64,000 bases of DNA from Polyangiaceae bacterium (GTDB lineage Bacteria; Myxococcota_A; Polyangia; Polyangiales; Polyangiaceae), in contig JBDTJC010000241.1 of assembly GCA_039936055.1 (NCBI GenBank), positions 882 through 64,881 of the forward strand. Reading direction: 5' to 3'. Positions within the stretch are counted from its first letter, which is position 1. Each line of letters begins with the position of its first letter. The notes beneath the pieces were generated by a model. The model saw only the letters and a list, made by a program, of their open reading frames with translations, did no database searches and was not told the DNA's origin. Of this stretch, positions 19,157 through 29,019 are shown one piece after another. The translations under genes were made by a program, and so were the position numbers.

Positions 19157-20962
19157 CTAGCGCGCCGCCAGGTACGCGCGCCAGCCGCCGAACTCGGTGA
19201 TGTCCGTGGCGCCTTCGAGCGCGATGGGCTCACAGGTGAAGCCGTGCACGCGCTCACCGTCTTCGAGAATGAGCGTGCCGATGCTCATCGGAGCCGCTAC
19301 GCCCTTCATGAATTGACCGAAGCCCTCGGTGGTCAGCTCCCAAACTTCGACTTCTATCGCCACGCCCGTGTGGCTGACGCGGACCAGGCCTGGCTTGGGT
19401 GGCACGGTGTTGGGTAGCGCAAAAAGCCGGTACTCCGGGGTTGTTTTGCAGGCGCGCACCAGCGTGCCGGATAGCTCGGTGAGCTGCTTGTTGAGCGGCT
19501 GACCGGTGAGGTGCGCACCGACCACGACCATGCGCATGTTGCCGGCCATCAGCGGCGGCGGTTTGGGTGCCGGGGGTAGCGGAGCGTTCGTCGCGCCGAG
19601 TTTGCCGCCGACGTCGCGCTGGAAGGCCGCGCCGATGGCAGCCAAGCGAGCGTCCGCGTCGCGTGGTGCAAACAGCGTGATGCCGAAGGGCAGGCCGTCT
19701 GAGCGCAGGTCAGACGGGACCGCGAGGCCAGATAGGTCCAGCAAGTTGGCGAAGTTCATCAGCGCGCCCAGCCGCGAGTTCAAGCCGATGGGATCTGCCG
19801 CCACTTCACGCAGCGTCGGGAAGAAGGGCGCGGTAGGCACCACGAATAGGTCCATGCTCGGCCAAGCGAGCCGCGCCTCGCGTGCGTAGTCAGCGAGCGT
19901 TTGCGCGCCCGTGAACGCTTCAGTAGCGCTGAAGCCCTGCGCGCGCGACAGGATCTGAGTGATGATTGGCAGCACGCCGCTCGGATTCTGACTCAGGATG
20001 TCCTTCACGGACGCGGCGCGCTCGGCCAGGAACGCGCCCTCGTACAGGAGCTGCCCGGCCTTGAAGAAGGGCTCGAAGTCGAACGCCACGGGCTGCCCGC
20101 CTAGGCGCTTCAAGCGTTCGACCGCTCGCTCGAAATCAGGGCGGGTTCCGCCGAAGTCGAGCTCCGCGAGGAACGCCGCGGCGGGCATACCGAAGCGAAA
20201 CCCCGCGGGCTTTGCGCCCGGTGTGAAGCGGACGCGATCTGCGTCGGGGCGCGAGTAAGCATCGTTCGGGTCGGGGCCGGCCGCGAGCTGCGCGACCTCG
20301 GCTGCATCTTCCACCGTGAGCGCGAACACCGAGACGCAATCGAGGCTGCGGCACGCGGGGACTACGCCGCCCGTGCTCAGGACGCCCCGCGTCGGCTTCA
20401 GGCCCACGAGGTTGTTGAATGCGGCGGGGATGCGACCCGAGCCCGCGGTGTCCGTGCCGAGCGCAAAGCTGACCAAGCCCGCGCTGACAGCGACGGCCGA
20501 GCCGGAGCTCGAACCACCGGGGATCCTCTCGCGATCGAACGGATTTTCCGGCACGCCATAGGGCGAGCGCACACCGACGAGGCCGGTCGCGAATTGGTCG
20601 AGGTTGGTTTTCCCGATCACGAGGGCGCCGGCTTTGACCAAGCGCGCGACCACGAAAGCGCTGCTGCTCGGCACGTGCGAATAGCCTGGACATGCGGCGG
20701 TGGTGGGCAGCCCAGCCACGTCGATGTTGTCTTTCACCGCGAAGGGCACACCGAACAACGGTAGGTTGTCGCCGGCGAGCCTACGGCGCTCGAGGTCCAC
20801 AGCGTTCGCGCGCAGCTCCTCGATATCGACGAGATGAATCCAGATGTGCTTGTCGCGGCTGGCTTGCCAGGTGTCTGCGAGCTGTTCGACCAGCGCGCTC
20901 GGCGTCAGCGTGCCGGCGCTGTAAAGCGCCCGCAGGCTGTGAAAATCGAGGCTGAAAGACAT
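19157..20962 (-). CDS. atzF: Allophanate hydrolase (amidase signature plus C-terminal domain)
   Basis: KDNIDVAGLPTTAAC, GKTNLDQFATGLVG, GGSSSGSA, GTDTAGSGR, VVGAHL..PLN, DITEFGGWRAY. Confidence 0.93.
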   Translation of the reverse strand: MSFSLDFHSLRALYSAGTLTPSALVEQLADTWQASRDKHIWIHLVDIEELRANAVDLERRRLAGDNLPLFGVPFAVKDNIDVAGLPTTAACPGYSHVPSSSAFVVARLVKAGALVIGKTNLDQFATGLVGVRSPYGVPENPFDRERIPGGSSSGSAVAVSAGLVSFALGTDTAGSGRIPAAFNNLVGLKPTRGVLSTGGVVPACRSLDCVSVFALTVEDAAEVAQLAAGPDPNDAYSRPDADRVRFTPGAKPAGFRFGMPAAAFLAELDFGGTRPDFERAVERLKRLGGQPVAFDFEPFFKAGQLLYEGAFLAERAASVKDILSQNPSGVLPIITQILSRAQGFSATEAFTGAQTLADYAREARLAWPSMDLFVVPTAPFFPTLREVAADPIGLNSRLGALMNFANLLDLSGLAVPSDLRSDGLPFGITLFAPRDADARLAAIGAAFQRDVGGKLGATNAPLPPAPKPPPLMAGNMRMVVVGAHLTGQPLNKQLTELSGTLVRACKTTPEYRLFALPNTVPPKPGLVRVSHTGVAIEVEVWELTTEGFGQFMKGVAAPMSIGTLILEDGERVHGFTCEPIALEGATDITEFGGWRAYLAAR

Positions 20963-21132
20963 GGCCAGGAGCATCCCTGCAGCCCTGTTTCGCGCCGGTG
21001 TCGAAAAGCTTATTCGCCCGAAAGCCCTCGATAGTACTCGGGTTTCTGTGCAAGTAAGGCGCTCTCGCCAGCCCCATGGGGGGATGTTACCGTCAGCGAC
21101 TCTAGCCAAAGTCCAGGGTCGAGGAGCGCAGC

Positions 21133-22473
21133 GTGAAGAGTTACCAAGACATCCACGAGGCTCCGGCGCAGCCGGTGCACGTGATCGAGACGATTCCGGT
21201 GCGGGGCGAGAACAAGGTCACCGCCGCCGAGGTGGCCGCGGAGGGCATTCCGACGCCGCCACACTTGCGCATTTTCCCCGAGCTCGGGCGCGGAGGGATG
21301 GGTCGCATTCACCCGGCTACCGACCGCAACTTGCTCCGTCACGTCGCGCTGAAGCGTCTGGATCGCGAACTCGCGCACGTGCCGATGTACAAGGACGGCT
21401 TCATTGCCGAGGCACAGATGACGGGGCAGCTCGAGCACCCGAACATCGTGCCCGTGCACGAGCTTGGCGTGTCCGAGGAAGGCGTGCCGTACTTCACGAT
21501 GAAGCTCGTGCAAGGCATCAACTTCGACGCTTGGCTGCGCGACCCCGCGCATGAGCTCGGCTCGACGGAGCGCCTGCAAGAGGGGCTCGAGATCTTCTTG
21601 AAGGTGTGCGATGCCGTCGCTTACGCTCACCACCGCGGCGTGATTCATCGGGATTTGAAGCCGGAGAACATCATGGTTGCCGGTTTCGGCCAGGTGTACC
21701 TGATGGACTGGGGGTTGGCGCGGCTGACCAAGACTCGGCCTGCGTCAGGCGCGCGCGCGCAGATGGAAGCCAAGGGCGCAGTCGGCACGCCCACCTTCAT
21801 GGCCCCCGAGCAAGCGCGCGGGAACCCGGAAGAGATGGACGAGCGCAGTGACGTGTTCGGCCTCGGCGCCATCCTGTACGAGATCATCAGCGGGCGAATG
21901 CCGTATGGCCCGTCCATGAACGTGGACTACGTGCTTGCTCAGGCCGTCGCCGGCAAGATCGTACCCATCGATCAGGCAACGCTCGGCATCGGCGTAAGCA
22001 AGCGCATTCGTAGCATCGTGGAGAAAGCGACCCAGGCAGAGCCGAGGGAGCGCTACCAATCAGTGGTCGAACTGCAGGAGGCCGTGCGCGGGTTCTTGCG
22101 CGGTGGTTTGCATTTGCCGCGCAAGATGTTCGGGCCCGGCACCACCATCATCCGAGAGGGTGAAGTGGGCGGCGAGGCGTACATGATCGTGAGCGGCCAG
22201 TGTCGCGCGTTTCGCGCCGTAAACGGCGGCAACGAGACGCTCGGCACGATGACCGCGGGCGATGTATTCGGTGAAATGGCGTTGCTATTGGCTGAACCGC
22301 GCGCTGCCAGCGTCGAGGCCGTGGATCAAGTGACGGTGCTGGTGCTCGATCAGCAAACCATGACCACGGGCCTCGGCTTCGACGGCTGGACTGGCGCGCT
22401 GGTGCGCGCGTTGGCGCATCGGTTCCGCGCCGTGGAACAGCAAATGCGCGACTCCGGCGTGAAGCGCAGTTAG
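21133..22473 (+). CDS. Ser/Thr protein kinase with a C-terminal cNMP-binding domain
   Basis: GRGGMG, VALK, HRDLKPEN, DWG, APE; FGEMALL..PRAASV. Confidence 0.92.
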   Translation: MKSYQDIHEAPAQPVHVIETIPVRGENKVTAAEVAAEGIPTPPHLRIFPELGRGGMGRIHPATDRNLLRHVALKRLDRELAHVPMYKDGFIAEAQMTGQLEHPNIVPVHELGVSEEGVPYFTMKLVQGINFDAWLRDPAHELGSTERLQEGLEIFLKVCDAVAYAHHRGVIHRDLKPENIMVAGFGQVYLMDWGLARLTKTRPASGARAQMEAKGAVGTPTFMAPEQARGNPEEMDERSDVFGLGAILYEIISGRMPYGPSMNVDYVLAQAVAGKIVPIDQATLGIGVSKRIRSIVEKATQAEPRERYQSVVELQEAVRGFLRGGLHLPRKMFGPGTTIIREGEVGGEAYMIVSGQCRAFRAVNGGNETLGTMTAGDVFGEMALLLAEPRAASVEAVDQVTVLVLDQQTMTTGLGFDGWTGALVRALAHRFRAVEQQMRDSGVKRS

Positions 22474-23570
22474 CGACGCGCTTTCGCGAGCAGCGCGAGG
22501 GGCGCCCAGAGCGGGAACAGCGCTGGGATGCCTTGGGCGAGCAGCGCCGCGCCGCGCACGCCGTGTGCCGTGTGCCCCGCGCGGTCAGTCACGTAGAAGC
22601 TGGCGCTCACTGGGTATGACTGACCGAGCGGCACGACCTCAAAGCGCGCACACCAATCCAGCCAGGGTAGTGCGCGAGCGAGCGTTCGGCCCAGGGCGCT
22701 CCGTGCGTCATACTCGAAACGCCGCTCGTGCAGCTCCGGGGTGACAAAGGCGAGATAGGCCGCGACCATCAACCAGCTGAACAGCTCCACGTGCGCGGAT
22801 ACTTCGATCGAAATGTGAAACCACACGCCGACCCACAGCGCGAGCCGGCGCGTGCGCGGAAACCACAGCCCCAAGGCGATGAAAAATTCCGTAGAAATGG
22901 CCGCTTTTGCCGCCAAACTGGCGAACAGCGTGGAACTCAGCACGAGCGTGAGCAAGTGCGGCAGGGTCACGTCTACGTGCGTAGCCCAGCGCACGAACAA
23001 CACCTGACCGCCGCGCCAATCCGGGTCCAGCAGCTTGCCGCAGGCGGAGCCGAGGTACACGAGTGAGACTTGGATTTGAAATAAGCGCCGCGCAAAAGTG
23101 GGCGCGACACGCTCGGGCTCCGGCAGCGCGTGCGGCTTGCGCCGCGCGATCAGGAAGGAGCGATCGCAGGGCGCGAAGGAAAGAAGGAAGGCGAGCAGCA
23201 GCAGCGCATAGCGGTTGTTGTGATACTGCAGGCGGTCCAGCGCGAGCACGAATAGCCCGAGCGTTGAGGCGGTGAAGAGCGCTTCACGTGGCCAGATCCC
23301 AAGGAATGCGCACAGCGCCGCGAGGGCTTGCACGCCGAGGATGAACGCGTAGCCAGAGCTCGACGGCAGCCATGATTCGGGGACCATCGAGATGTGAAAG
23401 AAGTCCCCGAAGTAGCCGCCGCGGTAGAGTTGCAGGATGAGCCGGCCGCCATTGAGGAGGACCAGCACACTCAGCGCGAGCCGGAGTAGGCCGAGCACGT
23501 AGGCGTCCCGCTCCTCCGTGAACAAGCGCCCCCACAGGTCGCCCCGCGCCGCAGATGCGGTGTCGCTCAC
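22470..23570 (-). CDS. HTTM-domain membrane protein with a degenerate DCC1-like tail
   Basis: Multi-TM; YHNNRY, QVSLVY..A..KL..DW..G, FH..I, FSW.M motifs typical of HTTM/VKGC-like proteins. Confidence 0.8.
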   Translation of the reverse strand: MSDTASAARGDLWGRLFTEERDAYVLGLLRLALSVLVLLNGGRLILQLYRGGYFGDFFHISMVPESWLPSSSGYAFILGVQALAALCAFLGIWPREALFTASTLGLFVLALDRLQYHNNRYALLLLAFLLSFAPCDRSFLIARRKPHALPEPERVAPTFARRLFQIQVSLVYLGSACGKLLDPDWRGGQVLFVRWATHVDVTLPHLLTLVLSSTLFASLAAKAAISTEFFIALGLWFPRTRRLALWVGVWFHISIEVSAHVELFSWLMVAAYLAFVTPELHERRFEYDARSALGRTLARALPWLDWCARFEVVPLGQSYPVSASFYVTDRAGHTAHGVRGAALLAQGIPALFPLWAPLALLAKARR

Positions 23571-24040
23571 GGTCGGGCTCCGGTGAGCCGTACTTGCCCG
23601 CTGTCGTGGCCATTCTTGCGCGTCTCCACGAGCGCGACCAACGCTTGAGTGCCGTGGTCGTTTTCCAGGTGCGCTGCGACGTCATTGAGCGCGAATTGTA
23701 GGCGAAACAGCTGTGCGGCCAGGCCGTACGGGGCGTGCACGTAGCGGTCTAACGTGCCCAATACTCCATCGTGCACGCGGTCATTCCAACGGAAGGTGCG
23801 CAGAGCGCCGTTATTGTCTTTGACGGTCCACGCGCCGTCTATCACTCGCACCAGCCGTTTGTGACGAACCTTCCGAAATAGGACGATTTTGAGCTCGGAA
23901 GAGGCGTTGAACATCTGAAAGCCGAACACGAAATCCGGGCTCGCTTGCGCGCGGAGCAACAGCGCCACCTGCACGCACAGGTAGCTGCAGAAGAATGCCC
24001 ACCGCAGACGCGGCGGCAGGTCCAACACGGAGCGCTTCAT
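23567..24040 (-). CDS. Membrane-anchored hypothetical protein coupled to the HTTM gene
   Basis: TM followed by FGFQMF; GTGA overlap with the HTTM start. Confidence 0.7.
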   Translation of the reverse strand: MKRSVLDLPPRLRWAFFCSYLCVQVALLLRAQASPDFVFGFQMFNASSELKIVLFRKVRHKRLVRVIDGAWTVKDNNGALRTFRWNDRVHDGVLGTLDRYVHAPYGLAAQLFRLQFALNDVAAHLENDHGTQALVALVETRKNGHDSGQVRLTGARP

Positions 24041-24311
24041 ATCTCTGGGCAAGAGGCGTCCTGCAATCGTACCATTCAGTGTGGGCGGAAGGCCCGCGAA
24101 TCCCAGAGCAGATGCGGATTCTGGCTGTGGCTGTTCTGCGGCCGGTTCAGGCCAACGGGCAGGTTCTGCGCTTTGGCTTGAGGTTGCACTGAGCGTGCTG
24201 TTTTGCGGCGGCGCCGCGCTTCTGCTGCTTGCGAGCGCACCGTTCAGCACTAGGTTGCACAGGTGAGCTTTTGCCAGCGCGCCGTGCATCACGCCGCGCC
24301 CGGGAGAGTCG

Positions 24312-25685
24312 ATGAAACTGCGCAAACGTGTGGTCGTGATCGGGGGCGGCTTTGGCGGCATTGCGGCTACGAAGGCGCTCGTCAAAGCGCCCGTGCACGT
24401 GACGCTGCTGGACCGCTCGAATCACTACTTGTTTCAGCCGCTCCTCTACCAAGTGGCTATGGCCGGGCTCGCGCCGAACGAGATCGCCGCGCCGATTCGC
24501 GGCGTTCTACGTCACGTCGAAAACGCGCGCGTGTTGCTGGCAGAGGTCACCGGGGTTGACCTGGCAGCGCGCAAGGTAGCCACGCGCGAGTGCACGGCGA
24601 TCGAATACGACTACCTCGTGCTCGCGCCAGGCGCGGTAAACGCTTACTTCGGCCACGATGACTGGGCCCACGTCGCTCCCGGCTTGAAGGACCTGGACGA
24701 CGCGGTGGAAATTCGTCGTCGCGTGCTGCTCGCGTTCGAAGCGGCGGAGCGTGAGTCGGATCCGGTCGCGCAGCGGCGGCACCTGACGTTCGTCGTGATT
24801 GGTGGCGGTCCGACGGGGGTAGAGCTGGCGGGCGCGATCGCGGAGCTGGCGACATTCGTCTTGGCGCGTGATTTTCGCGCCATCAGGTCGGACGCAACGC
24901 GCGTGGTGTTGATCGAGAGTGGCCCGCGCGTGCTGGCCGCGTTCGCGCCAGAACTGTCCGAACGCGCCACTCAAAGCCTGCACGAGATGGGTGTGGAAGT
25001 GGTGAACAGCGCGCGCGTCACCGCTATTGACGAACAGGGCGTGGCGATCGGCGACAAGCGCATCGAAGCGTCGACGGTGCTGTGGGCCGCCGGTGTGCGT
25101 GCCTCACCGCTGTGTGAGCGCCTTGGCCTGCCCGTTGACCGCTCGGGCCGCGTGAAAGTAGAGGCGGATTGCTCGGTTCCCGGCCACCCCGAGGTCTTCG
25201 TGATCGGCGACGCCGCCAACTTCACTCCCGCTGGGAGCGAGCAACCGCTGCCCGGCGTGAGTCCCGTCGCGATGCAGCAGGGCCGCTTCGTGGCGCGCAT
25301 GATCGAGCGCAGCATCGAGAAACGCGAGCGCCGTGCCTTCGTTTACGTGGACAAAGGAGCCATGGCCACGATTGGCCGGCGGCGCGCGGTCGCCTCGGTC
25401 GGCAAGCTCCACCTGAGCGGGTTCATCGCCTGGCTCGCTTGGCTGACCGTGCACATTTTCTACCTGATTGATTTTCGCAATCGGGTGGTCGTGTTGTTCG
25501 ATTGGGCTTGGTCGTACTTCACCTACCAGCGCGGCTCGCGCCTGATCACGGGGCACCGCACGGATGCTGGTGCCCCGGAGCGCGTGATCGCGAAGACGAC
25601 GCCTGGTTCAGGCGGCGACAGCCTGCAGCTGCAGAGCGAGGTTCTGAAACCCAGCGCAGATCTCGGGCGGGTAGGGGCCGAGTGA
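24312..25685 (+). CDS. ndh: Type II NADH dehydrogenase
   Basis: VVIGGGFGG, FQPLLYQVA, IGGGPTGVELAG, IGD, KGAMATIGR motifs. Confidence 0.92.
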   Translation: MKLRKRVVVIGGGFGGIAATKALVKAPVHVTLLDRSNHYLFQPLLYQVAMAGLAPNEIAAPIRGVLRHVENARVLLAEVTGVDLAARKVATRECTAIEYDYLVLAPGAVNAYFGHDDWAHVAPGLKDLDDAVEIRRRVLLAFEAAERESDPVAQRRHLTFVVIGGGPTGVELAGAIAELATFVLARDFRAIRSDATRVVLIESGPRVLAAFAPELSERATQSLHEMGVEVVNSARVTAIDEQGVAIGDKRIEASTVLWAAGVRASPLCERLGLPVDRSGRVKVEADCSVPGHPEVFVIGDAANFTPAGSEQPLPGVSPVAMQQGRFVARMIERSIEKRERRAFVYVDKGAMATIGRRRAVASVGKLHLSGFIAWLAWLTVHIFYLIDFRNRVVVLFDWAWSYFTYQRGSRLITGHRTDAGAPERVIAKTTPGSGGDSLQLQSEVLKPSADLGRVGAE

Positions 25686-26774
25686 CGCCGCCACTGCGAC
25701 GAATATCGCGGCGCGCGGCGCTTCCTGCATCACGAAATACTCGGCCATCTCCGTGACTGTGTTCACGGTGTGCGGTACGAACGCAGGCCGCTTGAGCGTG
25801 CCGGCGAGCTCGGTCAAGAGTTCCATCGTAGGCCCGGTCGCGAGCAGCAAAACGCGTAGCCGCTCCAAGATTTCGTACGTCTTTAGCCGGTCCGCCACCC
25901 AAATGGCGGATTCATTGGTGTTCGACAAGAGCTGCGGCAAGAAGGGCAGGGGCGCGTCGCTGACGCTTTCATCGGCCGTCGCCACCGCGAATAGCGCGCT
26001 CCGGTCTAGCGCGCGCAGCACGGAGTACCCGGCACGCAGCAGCAGCACGCGCAGGGTGGCTTCGCTGAAGTTAGTGAGGTGTGCGTTCTGGAAGAAGTTT
26101 TCCTGCAACAGCCCGTACGGTTGGTAAACGTTGGGCACCTCGATCACCATGCGCCCGCCTGGCTTCAGCCAGCCGCGCATTCTTAGCAGCGCGGCGAGCG
26201 GATCATGCAAGTGCTCGAGCACGTGAAAGCTTTGGATTTGATCGAAGCGCACCTCACCCGGGTCGTAGTCTTCGATCGTGCCGACGAAACACGAAACACC
26301 GGCCGCACGAGCTTTTCCCGCCTCGTCCATGCCGGGCTCGATGCCGTACGGCTCGATGCCGAGCTTGTCGCGCATCAAGGTCAGCGTGCGCCCGTGGCGA
26401 CAGCCGATCTCGAGCACGCGATCACCCGGCTTCGTCTCCCCGAGGACCTGCGCATTTTCCGCTTGCCCGCGGTGCCAAGCGTCCATTGCGGCCCCGAAGT
26501 TGGCATCGCCCGGTTTGGCGTGGCCGCCGCCGACCACCGGGTAGCCCACATCGCTGTAGTGTTCGCGATACCCGGCCGCGTAGTACGCGGCCATCGCTTC
26601 GCGGGTGGGTCGCGGGGATTGATACACGAGTGCGCAATGGTCGCAGGCGATGTTGCGCACGGTCATGTTGAAGCGCCCGCGCGTGCCGACTTCGAGCCCG
26701 TTCGAGCTCACGCCGCACACCGGACACAGAGGGACTTCAGTTGCTTCGGGGGGAGAGTAGGCCACGCCCCGCAT
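25608..26774 (-). CDS. Class I SAM-dependent methyltransferase with an N-terminal Zn-binding CxxC pair
   Basis: CPVC..CDHC, VLEIGC, FHVLEHL.DP, EVPN. Confidence 0.85.
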   Translation of the reverse strand: MRGVAYSPPEATEVPLCPVCGVSSNGLEVGTRGRFNMTVRNIACDHCALVYQSPRPTREAMAAYYAAGYREHYSDVGYPVVGGGHAKPGDANFGAAMDAWHRGQAENAQVLGETKPGDRVLEIGCRHGRTLTLMRDKLGIEPYGIEPGMDEAGKARAAGVSCFVGTIEDYDPGEVRFDQIQSFHVLEHLHDPLAALLRMRGWLKPGGRMVIEVPNVYQPYGLLQENFFQNAHLTNFSEATLRVLLLRAGYSVLRALDRSALFAVATADESVSDAPLPFLPQLLSNTNESAIWVADRLKTYEILERLRVLLLATGPTMELLTELAGTLKRPAFVPHTVNTVTEMAEYFVMQEAPRAAIFVAVAASLGPYPPEICAGFQNLALQLQAVAA

Positions 26775-26952
26775 CAGCAAGGTCCGCGCCAAGCGTGCAC
26801 GCGCTTACGCGCCGCGGAGCCCCTCTGAAGAGCCTGAAATTGCTGGGTTTTGTGCGGCGCTCTCGAGCGGGCGTGTGTCACTCGCCTGACGCTCGTCAGA
26901 GCTTTGACTGAGCAGTTTGAAACCCTTCTGGGCGGGGTGCCGTACTTGATCC

Positions 26953-27645
26953 ATGCGACACCTACTGACCAGCGCGATGCTGCTCCTCGCCGCTGCCGGC
27001 TGCCACGAAAGCTCGGCCAGCGATCAAGCCACGGGCCGCGCGCCCGCAGCTCCGGCCAACGCTACTGCCGCTGCTGCCAGCCCTGTGCATGTTGGCACTG
27101 ACCCCGGCCACGTGGGCGCGGGCACGCCGCTCACCGCGCAACCCGGTCACGAGTTGGCAGCCTTTGCCGCCGGGTGCTTCTGGGGCGTTGAGGATGCGTT
27201 CCGCCATGTGGACGGCGTGACGGCTACTGCAGTCGGTTACACCGGCGGCCACACGGCGGCCCCGACGTACGAGAAGGTTTGCCGGCATGACACCGGCTAC
27301 GCCGAGACCGTGCTGCTTGAGTTCGATCCCAAGCGCGTCAGCTACAGTCGTTTGCTCGATATCTTCTTCGAGATCCATGATCCAACCACGCTCGACCGCC
27401 AAGGTCCAGATGATGGCGATCAATACCGCAGCGCTATTTTCACGCAGTCCCCGGAGCAAGTGCAGCAGGCCCAAGCCGCCCTGGTTCGCGCCCAGAAGAA
27501 GCAACCCGACAAGGTCGTAACCCAGATCACGCCCTTGAAGGCCTACTACCGTGCAGAGGACTATCACCAGCAGTACGCTGAGCGCACCGGGTCGCACGGT
27601 TGCCCCATTCGGCATTTTTCGGCTGAAAGCTCGGCCTCGCTGTAG
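26953..27645 (+). CDS. msrA: Peptide methionine sulfoxide reductase A, lipoprotein
   Basis: GCFWG, VGYTGG, HDPT..RQG.D.G.QYRS, AEDYHQ; AAGC lipobox. Confidence 0.95.
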   Translation: MRHLLTSAMLLLAAAGCHESSASDQATGRAPAAPANATAAAASPVHVGTDPGHVGAGTPLTAQPGHELAAFAAGCFWGVEDAFRHVDGVTATAVGYTGGHTAAPTYEKVCRHDTGYAETVLLEFDPKRVSYSRLLDIFFEIHDPTTLDRQGPDDGDQYRSAIFTQSPEQVQQAQAALVRAQKKQPDKVVTQITPLKAYYRAEDYHQQYAERTGSHGCPIRHFSAESSASL

Positions 27646-27690
27646 CGTTGTCGTCCCCAGCGCCGGTAGCGCTATGATTGCGAGCGGCAT

Positions 27691-28116
27691 ATGAGTTCCC
27701 GAATCCTCTTTGCACTTTCGGTCGCCGCGTTCGCGGGCCTCGCGGCAGTGGCGCACGCAGATGACGCGCCGGCACTCGAGTTTCGCACTACCGTGCGCGG
27801 TGAGCAGGGTGTCGTGCGCTGCGGCTTGTTCACGGAAAAAGGCTGGCTGAAGACGCCCGTGCAGGGGGCTGTTGCGCTGATTCACGCTCGGGTCGCACTG
27901 TGCGTGTTCAGGGGCGTGCCTAAAGGCGTGTACGGCATCTCCGCCTTTCACGATCAGAACAACAACGGCAAGCTCGACACGAATTTCATCGGTCTACCCA
28001 CCGAAGACTATTGCGCCTCGCGCGACGCGCGAAACACGTTTGGGCCGCCCAGCTTTGCGGACGCCAAGTTCAGCTACACCGGTGGCGTAAAGCGGCTCTC
28101 TGCACGCATGAAATAG
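27691..28116 (+). CDS. DUF2141-like secreted protein
   Basis: G.Y.ISAFHDxNxNGKLDTNF.G.P.E.Y..S..A...FGPP.F..AKF. Confidence 0.85.
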   Translation: MSSRILFALSVAAFAGLAAVAHADDAPALEFRTTVRGEQGVVRCGLFTEKGWLKTPVQGAVALIHARVALCVFRGVPKGVYGISAFHDQNNNGKLDTNFIGLPTEDYCASRDARNTFGPPSFADAKFSYTGGVKRLSARMK

Positions 28117-28137
28117 CGTTGCGGACTCAGAACAACA

Positions 28138-29019
28138 CTATGCGGGTAGCACGCCGAGCTCGCGCAAGACTCGCTCGGTCACACGGCGCCGTACCGGCTT
28201 CACGTCGACATTCACGGCGTGGCCGTCGATCACAGTGGCGAAGAATACGCGGCGCTCGCCCAGCTCTACGAAGCCCACGAACCAGCCGACCTCACTCGGT
28301 TGCTCCGGGGGACCGGCGAGCCCGGTTTTGCCACGCAGCACATAGTCCGCACCGACATCGAGCGTGATCACGTCGCGCACGACGTCCAGAGTGTGCTCCT
28401 GAATCGGCAATTTGCCGCCGTCCAAGCGGCGCAGAAAATCGATCTGCTGAAACGGCGAGATGCGCAGGCCGCCACCGAGCCAAAAGAAGTCGACTGCGCC
28501 TGAGGTGTCGTGGTTGCCGTAGTCCAGCCGCCTCACCCACTCTCGCATTTGGGCTTCTCCCACTTTTCGCGCAATGCCTTGAAAACAAGGCAAACACGAG
28601 ACCTGCACGGCGCTGCGCAAGGTGTGGTCATGATTCCAATCGGAGTTTTGGTACTCCTTGCCGTCCCAGGGCAACGGGCTCTCCGCATCACTCACCACGC
28701 CCGTTTCCAGGCCGATGATCGTATTCGCGATTTTGAACGTGGACGCCGGTACGTAGCCTGCGTCGCACTTTGCGGGATCGCTACATGACAGCTTGCCGTC
28801 CTTCGTATCAAACACGGCCATGGCGCCGCTGATCTGTTCGTCAGCGAACAGGCGAACGGCGGCGGGCAGCGCGCCGGGCATGGCGCCGGCGGGCGGCGGC
28901 GCGACGGCCGGGGTTGCGGTGCTCGCCGGCGCAGCTGGCGTCGCTGGTGCGCTCGCGACCTGCTGAGTGGTCGCGCATCCGCTCAACGCCAGGAGCAAAG
29001 CGGCGATGCCGGTTTTCAT
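28138..29019 (-). CDS. Class D (OXA-like) beta-lactamase family lipoprotein
   Basis: PASTFKI (SxxK), SCL (SxV equivalent), YGN, FWL, KTG, GWFVG; LSGC lipobox. Confidence 0.88.
   Translation of the reverse strand: MKTGIAALLLALSGCATTQQVASAPATPAAPASTATPAVAPPPAGAMPGALPAAVRLFADEQISGAMAVFDTKDGKLSCSDPAKCDAGYVPASTFKIANTIIGLETGVVSDAESPLPWDGKEYQNSDWNHDHTLRSAVQVSCLPCFQGIARKVGEAQMREWVRRLDYGNHDTSGAVDFFWLGGGLRISPFQQIDFLRRLDGGKLPIQEHTLDVVRDVITLDVGADYVLRGKTGLAGPPEQPSEVGWFVGFVELGERRVFFATVIDGHAVNVDVKPVRRRVTERVLRELGVLPA

Noticed and set aside
24181-24260. AGGTTGCAC direct repeat in the divergent region before ndh
   Set aside because: Only two 9-bp copies and no identifiable regulator; too weak to call.
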